A stretch of 60,345 nucleotides of DNA, the filler included, from Catajapyx aquilonaris (taxonomy: Eukaryota): NCBI GenBank assembly GCA_000934665.2. It is 3 parts of 3 records of this genome, joined end to end, with 100 filler letters (N's around TTAATTAATTAA, not from the genome) between each part and the next. Parts side by side here need not be neighbours in the genome. Positions count along the whole stretch, not along the records: positions 40,917 to 60,345 come from JYFJ02006464.1; 2 more parts are not named here. One strand, given 5' to 3'. Position numbers and translations under genes: made by a program. Shown here in pieces: positions 50,358-60,345 of this stretch (its first letter is position 1; the number at the start of each line of letters is the position of its first letter). The notes below the pieces were generated by a model that saw only the letters and a list, made by a program, of their open reading frames with translations, was not told the origin of the DNA and searched no databases.

Positions 50358-51059
50358 CTATTCTTTTTCACCAGTGCTCTTCTTCTCCTGATCCTCCCAG
50401 TCTCCCTCAAAAGGAGCATCCCCCTGGACACCCCCCGAGTTGCCAAAAACATTGATCTTAAAACCCCCGTTCCAAGGATCATACATGGACGCAATACGAG
50501 CATTCCCCAAAGGACAAGTGGAAACATCCCGACCTGGAGTTGCCGATGGTACGACGCCTGTCTTCTTGCTTGGAACATTGCTGCCTACCGGGGAGGGCTT
50601 CTTTCTTGGAGCAGGCTTCGAAGGGACGGGCATCTCATCAGGTACGTTGGTACCGTTTGCTGCAGCAGGGTACGGAGCGTTCAGTGGATATGGCTGGGCA
50701 GTAGATTGGCGGTACATGTACTGGTCAGGACCAGTGTATTTCCAGATGGTCATGCTAGGCATAGGCATTCCCTGGGAGTAGTATGGCGGAGGAGGAGGAA
50801 GAGGAGGAGGAGGACCTGCCATCATTGGGAGTGTACCATGAACAGGAGGTGGGATGACCGGTGGGGTCATCATGCTTCCGTTCATGTCCATCCAGGTAGA
50901 TGGACAAGTCGGCTGGGAGCCTGCAGAGACGCTGCATAATGGCAGTTCGTGGGCCACCCCCCTCATGTAGATGGGACGGTAATTGTTGCAGCTAGTGGGG
51001 TCTGGATATGGCAGCATCCACACCGTGGTCGACCACGAAGAGCAACGATATGCGCCCAT
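50358..51059 (-). CDS. Proline-rich hypothetical protein (233 aa)
   Basis: Long ORF in GC-richer sequence, acceptor tttcag just upstream (~51079-51084), PPPPLPPPPPYY tract; no family recognised. Confidence 0.5.
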   Translation of the reverse strand: MGAYRCSSWSTTVWMLPYPDPTSCNNYRPIYMRGVAHELPLCSVSAGSQPTCPSTWMDMNGSMMTPPVIPPPVHGTLPMMAGPPPPLPPPPPYYSQGMPMPSMTIWKYTGPDQYMYRQSTAQPYPLNAPYPAAANGTNVPDEMPVPSKPAPRKKPSPVGSNVPSKKTGVVPSATPGRDVSTCPLGNARIASMYDPWNGGFKINVFGNSGGVQGDAPFEGDWEDQEKKSTGEKE

Positions 51060-53804
51060 TCTTGCCTTGCCTCGCTGCCTGAAATCAAAACAATATTTTC
51101 CTCATTTGCGTATGCAACATACTGTACATATTGCCTAAATGTGGCAAACACCAGGAAAAGGTACCATATTACCAGTGGACCAATGATGAGTTGGTACAAA
51201 CAACAAATTATGTCATTCTATGAGCAACAATGACTGTTAGCAACATCAACCAACGTGTACAGCAGTACAGGCTGACTACATCATTATAGGCAGAGGACAC
51301 CGGAAACCCACCACTTTTGATGACGTAAAATAATGAATTATGACGTGTCGAATTTTTCTCCCTTAAAATGTTTGACCTCTATCGAGGACACTGCCCATTG
51401 CGCCCAGGATTATCTTTGTAACCGAATCCGACGGTTCCGGAGGATGCAGGTGGTTTGGTAATTAAAAATCAGTGCTACGCAGACACTTTCTCATGAGGTT
51501 CATGGTCAAAGGTCCGGCGAATCAGCACTTTATTATCATTTTTGGAGGTCACAAACCTCCCATTTTCATGTGTTGCAAAGGATGGGTCACTGCAACCGGA
51601 TATTATCAGATAATATTTTGCTAGCTTGCAAAAGTAACCACCAAAGTAACTACTTAGACTAATAATAAGTAGCTTAGAATGATATCGCTGATAGAAACAG
51701 TTATTTTTCATGGCGCACGTCGTTAGATTAAATTTTATTCAACCTACCTCAGTTACTGGCCAACTACTGAAGTACAGTATTACTATTTTCCAGTTAATCG
51801 CCAAAATTCATCACTTGCAGTCCCATAGTGTCGCTAACGTGATTGAGCACGATCATCACTAACTTTGTGAATTCTTAATATCGAAATGCTTCGCAAAATG
51901 TGCCTACCCGAGCTAGGCCTATCACACCACAGAAATGCCCTAACGCGCTAAAAGGGGTCACTATCAAATTGAAAGGTGGTGATTTCTGTCATCATTTCTA
52001 ATCGCCTTCAACTACTCGTGTCTCTACTTCATCGAACTAACTTCCATACTTATCTACTGACCCTCTCCGGACACCTGTATCTGGCTATAAAAGTCAAAAA
52101 TTGCTAGGCCTAGTGGATGAACTCGTGAGTGGACTCGACAAGTACGCGGACTTCACTTGCTACATTACAGTTGCTCTTAAAACAACCTAATTCGTGCCTA
52201 ACCTCTTCACAACCCCCTTTAAACCGTCCGTTCTTCCCTCCTATCTGACCACGCACTGTCCCGTTTAGCACCTCACGTCCCACTTACCTTGGTCAGCGAT
52301 TCTCTGCTGTCTCAACTCTGTTGCTGTCTCCCGGTGCAAGTTTTGAGATATGGGCGTTGTCTTCTTCTGATGGAGCGACACAGGTGACGATCTGACTGCG
52401 ATGAGCTTCAGGAAGAAAATGGTGGCGTTTCAACACCCCCACACCTCCACATCATCAGGGGACGTGGGACAAAGGTCTTGGCGCAGACCAGTTGCCACTC
52501 TTGCAGGCAGGAGTCTCTACTGGGAGGGTTCAACATCCTGGGACATTCTTGTTGCTAAGCGGATGTGCCTTGTCGCGATTTTCTAATATTTGGCGGATTC
52601 TGGTGAGGCAGCTGTCCTACTCAGGCCTAGTTGATGACAGCCATGTAAACAAATCGTGGATGCGTCACTAAACTGACATTGTCTCGGATTAAATGGTTTT
52701 AGTAATATTCCCCCCCCCCCCCTCCCACTTAGTTCATGAACTACTTATATTTTTCCATCTTGTGCAAAGATGTAAGGTGAACATTGTGAATAAATTTTAA
52801 AAGCCATACTGTATGACATACTCTCAAAATTCAATCCTGGAGCCTGAACCATGCACCACGTCGCTCTGGAACGTTTGTGGGTAGCAACAACAACATGTGG
52901 GCAACGTGAAAAATGACAACAATGTCGCCTAGAATTTCCCGACATTATAAGCGAGCACGCTCATATCTTTATAGTAACAGGCATACAAACACTGTCGAAT
53001 AACTCTCCTAAGACAAAGGGTTTTCCATTCCGGATGCCTGCTGTAAATAAAACTCTGTTATGTAAACAAATTTTATGCCACTCTTAATAATATTATGTTA
53101 CCGTTATTAATTATTTTATGGCACGCGCCGATTTAACGAGTCTTCTTGCAATTGGCGGAGTTTTCGTTAAGGGTACCAGTTTTTTAAAAATGCAAGTGTG
53201 GGGATTTTTTATGTACGTAAGTCCGAATCTACATAGTGTAATTTATGTCGGAGCTACGTAAGTCGAGGGCTGACTGTATATCACGAGGTGCATGTGGAAA
53301 TTACCATCTGGCGAAAAATGTCCTGATGACAATCCGGTGATGGTCCAAAAGACATTGTGAAACTCCGGTACGCATTGTCGCAAATGTCTTTGGCTTCTTG
53401 AGTATGTCATCCATTGTTTTTCTCAAGAAATTCCCTTGGATTCGAGGCATACATTTTGTCAAAGTTGACTCAGTTGAGATGGAATGACCCCAAGGATAGT
53501 CCAACGTCCGATAACTTTCTCTCGCTTATTGCTATGTCATCCGATTGTTATAATTATGGCAGCTATTTCGCACTGCCAAAATCTCGCCTTTGTATGCAAT
53601 TATCGAGTTCCCGTTTGATTATAGTTTTTACGAAACTGTCACACCAGCATTATACTTTGGTTCCTATTGTCTCACGCAGCACAAAGCACCAATGTTGCAA
53701 TACTTCTAGTCTCAATGCTATCTTTCTTTTGAGGTGTAGTTTATATATAAAGCAAATCTAATTACGTAACAGTTCTTTGGCTCAGTGGACCACCTTTAGA
53801 AAAC

Positions 53805-55454
53805 ATGGTGGACACAGAGAAAATTCATCTTATTATCCGACTAATTTCAGTGATAATTACTTGCTCTGGTGGATCTCATGGATATCACAGTGTGACGAAG
53901 GTTAGTTTACAAATCGTGACATTATTCTGAAGGCATAAATATAGTTAGGAAGTGTGTCAAATATATGTTGGTCAAGTCGGTCTTCTGAAATAACTATTGC
54001 TGTTCTGTATAAATATGTTTAAAAAACAGGATCGCCTAATGATGTATTCAAACAAGCACTTTAGTTCAAATCATGTTATTCAAGTCTTCATTTGATTCTT
54101 GTTAATCCACTATATAAAAATGAGTACAATCTATCATCTCATTAGATGTCGCATGCAAATCACCACCGTTTCGATTATCAAGAATATTTTGATTATGCAC
54201 GCATCCATGACGAGGAGGAAAAAAAGTTCAATATTGACCTGCAAAATAATGCAGAAGACATGAGCTTTCAAGACAATGAAGATGTTTTAGAAGAGATCCG
54301 CTTCGATGATCCCTCAGCAGGCAACAAACAATATGATGATCACAATAATGGGGAAGTAAAGTCACCAGTTCAAGATGATCGTAATGAGACAACAGACAGT
54401 TCAGGAAAGAATCTTCATAAAGATGACCTTGAAGAGAGCGAAGAAGAGTATTTTCCAGATCGTGAAAACGATCTAAACAGTGGAAACTTTCAAGATAGTG
54501 AGCTGGTTATGGGAGGAGAGAATTTCCCAGCAGGTGAACCAGATGAGCTTCACCAAAACAGTGCAATCGTTGTAGGAGATGATCAGTTACTAGATCATGA
54601 CGAAGGCTGCTCAAGTAAGTTACGAAGAAACCGTACCTACACCAGCCTCAATTTAATGTGCTAAAATACTCATTTGTTTCAGATGGTATCAAAAAATTCA
54701 CTGCTGAAATCATATCTCCTTACGAAGTGGTGATTAAATTTGGAATAGCTCCATGTATACTGAAAGAAATTTCTAATGTTAAGTACAGCATAACGTTCAA
54801 TCCAACGACCGCATCTTTTATTGGAGGCGCCACAGGGTCTCTTGCTGAGATTTGCAATGAAACACTGTGCCAAATCACTGCTTCTGACCCTCTTTACATT
54901 GGGCCTTGCGTGGAATATAATACTGACCTTCAATTGATTAATTGGGGTGGTAATACTCCAGTCAAGAGTACTGCCGTTCAATACATCAAGATGCCGGAAA
55001 TAGGTTAGTGATAATTTGTTACTGGTCATGATTAAATGTGGTTTTAAAAACATTATTTTACTACGTTATTATGAATTTAGCAACTTGTAGTAGTAGTAAT
55101 AGTAATAGATTATATAGTCATCATTAAAAATTTATTGCTAACTAATTAATTATATGCACAGGACCCAGCGGAATGATTGTCTTTGTTGATGAATCGAGAC
55201 CGACTTTGGTGAAATTATCATGGACGTACGACAACAATCAATGCCAGACCCCTGACCTCGTCCTCAGATGCCTTCCATTAAGCGGTGGTACCTCAATCAA
55301 GCAAGTCTGCAATGGTTCAACTGATCAAGATAAATCATTCTGCCACCTTAACAACCTAAAACCTTCTACTCGTTACAAATGCACTGCAGTTCTAGAAAAT
55401 TTGATTGGAAAATCTAATCCCAAGTACTACTGGTTTCAGACTACGGCCAAGTAA
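53805..55454 (+). CDS. Putative secreted protein: signal peptide, acidic region, two fibronectin type III-like domains
   Basis: Phase-compatible exons 53805-53900 (MVDTEKIHLIIRLISVIITCSGGSHG), 54146-54614 (D/E-rich), 54683-55003, 55162-55454 (VKLSW...LNNLKPSTRYKC...N.IGKS). Confidence 0.7.
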
Positions 55455-55847
55455 GCAACTTAAGTATACGCGTAGTTATCAGGATGCATAATTATATGGA
55501 ACCTTCCTATTTAGGTGTGTAATTATACATGTATACAATATGCTGTAGTGTAAGGCTGTTATGATGTGCTTGAAAGAAAAATGTTAACCACCAGATGAAT
55601 ATGTACTTCATTTGCGGTTAACATGTTTTCTTCCAAGCACATCATACATTGGCAAAATGCAGAATCTATTCCACAATCTAACAAAAAAGTTTGAAATAAT
55701 GTTAAAAAGTGCAAGCATAATATTTAATTTGTTTATTTAACACACAAAAAGAGAAATGTATGGCAAACCTGAAAATAGAGCACTGATTTTATCTGAGTAA
55801 ATGTCAGTGGTACAAGGTGTGTTTTGCATATTTTTTTTTTACATAAG

Positions 55848-57971
55848 TTAGTGATCCACTTGGAATGTGACTCCCAAGTCATTCAGTCTGGTGATGAGCG
55901 TAGTCTTGGAGAAGGCAGCTGCTGGGGTCATGACTCCTCCACTGAAATGGTACAACAATGTGTTAACACAGCCATGTTTTAAAATAATTACAGACTTTGC
56001 TCACCTTCCAGGCATCAGGTCTGACTCTTTCAGGATGGTCATCGCAGAATGAACAAGGCAAATATTGGTTGCTCCATAAGCAACGTTGGTTCCTTTCACC
56101 TGAAATTGTCCATTTTAATCAGTGGTCACATTTAATGAGGCAAAATCAAGAATACCTTGATGGTTAGTGTCTTGTTGGGAGGAACCACATGTTTATCAGT
56201 TGCCTCAACCAGTCTTTCCCCCCAGCCCTTGCCAACAATTGTGAAGATGAACTTGCTCTTCTGGTCTCTCTCCCTGTCCATCTTATCACTCTTGCCCACA
56301 GCTCCGAGAGTGAATATCTGAGGATACTTCACCAGCATTGCCCTCCCTACTTTCAACTGCGAAATAAGCCCCAATAGAGCACCACCTATAAGCATGAGAA
56401 TGGCCTGGAAGAATGAAGGCGCCTGCAGGTAAGGGGTGACTCGAACAGGACGTTGCTTGTACTGGTCGTGCAAGAACTGCTGAGACCTGGTTGTCGCATA
56501 GAGGTCAGGTCCGACGAACGGGATGCACCAGGAGTTGACCTCTTGAGCATGGTGAAGCACAGATGGCTTCGAGTTCCGGTAGCTGGGTACTGCCTCCCTG
56601 AAGATGAGCCTGTAGATCAGTCTGAGGGAGTCCACTGTGGTGATGCCGTTGATGATGGATTTCCAGGTACCATCGTTGACGGAAGGCCCTCCAGAATTGT
56701 TCATGTCCATCTCCACATAGCTGGTGGCAGTGTCTAGGTCCCCTTGAAACTTCTGTGTGAGATACACCACCCCCATGTCGGCTGGAATGCTGTCGAATCC
56801 ACATGCTCCGACCACGTACACGTTGTTCTTCTTGGCCAGTTCGCCGTACTTCAGACGCATCTCCTCCATCCACTGTTATCAATGTGATGCATGTGTGCTG
56901 TATAGATAAATCTGTAAATATACACACTGTACCTGTACCATACCTGCAGCTCTCCGGTGATGTCCACATGATGGGTGCCATTCTCAACACACGCCTTGAC
57001 CACTGCCTCTCCGTAAAATGTGTATGGACCAACAGTGTTGATGAGTACCCGAGCCTGTTTGGCCATGTTGACCAAGGATTGCTCGTTGTCCACATCGGCC
57101 AGAATGATAGGCACAGTGCTCAGATCCAGTCCTGCGAATAAGAATAATAACCATAACTCATTGGTATGGGATTGACAGCAGTTAAGAATTTGCAATATAT
57201 TCAAAGAAATTGCTAGGAACCTCCCAAAATGTTAGAATAAATTTTATGACAATTACATCTGATTGACAATTTTTAAGGTTCCATATTGTTCTCGAACAAT
57301 AATTTGCATAAATTTTACTATGTTGGTATGCATGATTCACCATTGTAATAGACTGCCCCATTTCAGTTGCTACAGTATTGATTTCATTAAAATGGAAATG
57401 TATGTGATCAATATGTAACCAATAAAATTGTATATGATCAACCGCTGTCAGAAATCTATTAAAGGTCTGGAAGGTTCTTATTTATATGTGGGATTTGCGA
57501 CATATACGGTACTTGCATGTTTTCCTTTGTGTGCTTTTTTTTGCCAAGTATTGCACGCACTTTTCACATGATGCATGTGCAATTATAAAATCGGAAGTCT
57601 CTTTACCAACATATGTTCAAGGCTCTGCTGGCTTTCATTCTGACCTTGTTCAAGTTTTACCCTATACGACCCAGTTACGCAGTGACGCAATACACAGATG
57701 TCAACACAATCAGCCGGCGGCGCGGCGCAGCGTCGATAATAAAGTGACTCTGAACTGTCTGCTCATAGGACAGGCCAAAATGATTCTCACCCGTGGCATC
57801 CGATGCGACTTTGATGACCTTCTCCAGCTTGACCTTGGACCGACCTGCAACGGCCCAGGTGACCCCATTCTTGACCGCAGTCCTGGCCACCTCCTCCACA
57901 GTGAATGACCCCGTGTACCCACTGGCTCCAAATATCACCAGGTCGTACCTGTCAGATGAAACACTCGCCAT
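55848..57971 (-). CDS. SCCPDH: Saccharopine dehydrogenase-like oxidoreductase
   Basis: Exons 57971-57791 (YDLVIFGASGYTG, WAVAGRS), 57131-56944 (NTVGPYTFYGEAVVKACVENGTHHVDITGE), 56872-56156 (ACGFDSIPADMG, NDGTW), 56099-56005, 55941-55848 (GGVMTPAAAF); frame intact. Confidence 0.95.
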
Positions 57972-58929
57972 CTCTGACCCAATTGCAATTCAAGCAAGCA
58001 CAAGTTGTTGCAAGGCTATCAGACAGATATGCACTGTAAGGCAACACTATTAGTGCATAGAGTGGATGTCCTGCCGTTGGTATCGCTACAAGTATGACCT
58101 GCCCTCTATGTTAGATAGGGAACTCTGAAAGCTCCCTTATGCTGCAATCAATAGTCCTAAGTTAGCGCGCTTCTGTTTGAACTTATCATTCCTAGCCTCA
58201 TACGAAAGTTTATTATTTTCTAAGTTGCGTGGTAACTATGACCATGTGATAGGCTGCATTATTGGGCTCTATTCAATTATTGCTATTGGAGCCCAATTTG
58301 CAAAATCGTGACAGGTTCTGCGTATAATGAAAGATGTTAGTAATTATTCACCTTGTGCCTTGTTACTCCAAATATCACCAGTTGGTATACCTCCCTTGGG
58401 CTGAAGAAACACTCGCCACGGCTGACTCAAACACGTCGTCATTACAAGAAAAAACTGATTCTCTTATTCCGTGAGGAGTGCTTCATAATGTTGGGAGATC
58501 TGAGCCAGATCGTCATGAATGAGGATTTGAAAATACATCTGAAGGCCATTGGTTCACATTGCATGTCACTAGGTAATTATTACTGGTATACATTTGGCAT
58601 GGAAAAAGGACGTTCACCATATTGGGTGATGAAAATAAGCGCGTCTACTTTTTCAGACGGGGGTAAACATACGGTATACATATTTTTCTTCCATTTATTT
58701 TTAGTGGGCTAAATTAAAATAAAAGGTAGTCTATTATAATATGCACAGAGAGATTGTTTTGACTGATAAAAAATCCGAAACCTGGTAAAATGTGTTTACG
58801 TATGCTATCAGCACGATGGCAAACAAAAATATAAAACGACTTCAAATTTACAAATTTCCTTTTTATTTCTGGCTTTCCCCGATGGGCTATCAAGACCTAC
58901 ACAAATTTTAAGAGGGAAATCAATTTTAA

Positions 58930-59400
58930 TTTAATCGACACAAAAGGAGAAATGGATGGTAAAACCGAAAATAGGGCACTGATTTCATCAACAGTAAATG
59001 TAAGTTGCACGAAGGTGTGTTTTGCATATTTAAAAAACAAACAAACAAGCAAACAAACAGTTAGTGATCCACTTGTAATCTGGGGTGCCCGCACCCCCAG
59101 GGGGTGCGAGCAAGGTGCACCTCTGGACTTAGTCTAACTCAATCGCCCCTGGTATAGGGGGTGCGATAAGGACCCAAAGGGGTGCGGAGGCACGAAAAGA
59201 ACCGCTGACTTGGAAGCTTATAGGTGACTCCTAAGTCATTCAGTCTGGTGATGAGAGTAGTCTGGAAGAAGGCAAGGTCAGGACACCGCCATTGAAATGG
59301 TACAACAGCATGTGTTGACAAATGCTTCAAAATGAAACACTTATTGCTTCACCTTCCAGGAATCAGGTCTTGACTCCTTCAAGATGATCATGGCCGTATA
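58930..59400 (-). pseudogene. Decayed duplicate of the last two SCCPDH exons and 3' UTR
   Basis: Aligns with ~55760-56045 (aagtcattcagtctggtgatgag, tcaccttccagg.atcaggtct, ttagtgatccacttg) with indels and a MITE inserted in the last exon. Confidence 0.85.
59077..59207. mobile_element. hAT-type MITE remnant inside the SCCPDH pseudo-exon
   Basis: Right end gaaccgctg (CAGCGGTTC on the - strand) followed by acttggaa; only acttg of the left target copy remains; ggggtgcg subterminal motifs. Confidence 0.6.
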
Positions 59401-60019
59401 ACCGCCAAGCAGGGAAAATCTCAAAGGTCACGACTATTGACCTCTACAATGCCAAAATGACATTGTCCACATACACAGGATTTAGTGTATTGTAGGGACG
59501 ATAGTCCCTATAAGTAAGATCCTCGTGCAAAAACAACAATGAAAATTTTCCTTGTTCTTGTTGTTCTTGTTGGAAGGACGTTTTTCTGTCAAGCATATCT
59601 CAAAAACCGTTGCAAGTACAGTCTTCATATTTTGAACACGTATCCGGCCCGACGGGCTGCAGTGCCCGATCCCCTACACAAAAAACCCAAGGACGTAATA
59701 GAACCCCGAAATAAAATTATAAATGAATAATTCATTATGAGCAGCAATGCGTGTAACTGGAATCCAAGTGTGACAACAGTCACACATTATTTAGAATATT
59801 ATATTGTGTAAATATCATCTCTACACTTTATGCGGAATTACGTACGCTAACTGCTTAAATAAATATATGCTTTACCTTATTTTCATTACATTATTATTAA
59901 ATAAACATTAAATTCATTCAACTTGTTATTATATTTCATTCAGTTTCCACGGTATCCTCCTTAGGTCAACAGTTGAGTGACTCGATTATGACCAATGAGT
60001 TCTGCTATATTATATATAC

Positions 60020-60241
60020 ACCTAGAGGAGGTACTCGGCCTGAAATGTGAGGCAGGCAACAATGCAGGCAACAATATGACCTCCAACAAGACGGCGGACG
60101 TCCCAGTTGTCGTCCCAGTTGTCATTATTGGTTGTTGTACCAGTTGCTAGACAACTGTTAGAACAACAATATGACCTCCAACAAGATGGCGGCTGCCTCA
60201 GCCTGTCTAATGGAAAAGGATAGGGAGTACCTCCTCTAGGT
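60020..60241. mobile_element. Small TIR element in TA-rich flanks
   Basis: 17-bp TIR acctagaggaggtactc / gagtacctcctctaggt; internal ~29-bp direct repeat caacaatatgacctccaacaaga.ggcgg. Confidence 0.65.
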
Positions 60242-60252
60242 ATTATATTATA

Positions 60253-60345
60253 CAGGGTGTAAATGAATTCAGCCGACAAACTTGTAGGGGTAATAGAGGG
60301 GACCAAGACAAACATTTTTGACATAGGAACCCGTGTCCGGAAACG
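60253..60345. mobile_element. CAGGGTG-family MITE, left arm cut by the window end
   Basis: Near-identical to 32489-32580. Confidence 0.9.

Noticed and set aside
53400..53530. Lipocalin-like KVIGRWTILGVIP on the - strand
   Set aside because: Only a GxW match, followed by stops, with no consistent exon structure.

Overview
Eukaryotic, intron-rich genomic DNA (short 55-75 bp GT-AG introns; the proteins look arthropod-like, which is an inference). It is split into three contigs by two artificial 100-bp spacers (44 N + TTAATTAATTAA + 44 N) at 19490-19589 and 40817-40916, so adjacency across those points is unproven. Contig 1 is mostly decayed sequence: a frameshifted farnesyl-diphosphate-synthase (FPPS) paralogue, a broken CACTA/EnSpm-type transposase joined to a Harbinger fragment, tandem Helitron-like elements ending in a run of GNA-triloop hairpins, tRNA-derived SINEs and many MITEs. 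Contig 2 holds the 3' part of a NACHT/WD40 (NWD/qui-1-like) gene, with a probable CaaX-encoding last exon and a MITE-filled intron, plus tRNA-Arg(CCT). Contig 3 holds a kyphoscoliosis-peptidase-like transglutaminase-fold gene with six QT (LC8-type) motifs, a proline-rich ORF, a secreted acidic/FN3 protein, an intact saccharopine-dehydrogenase-like oxidoreductase (SCCPDH) and its decayed tandem duplicate. I found no CRISPR, rRNA or prokaryotic system, and no clearly new multi-gene system. The best leads are protein-motif architectures and transposon end structures. All calls are by-eye motif recognition without database searches.
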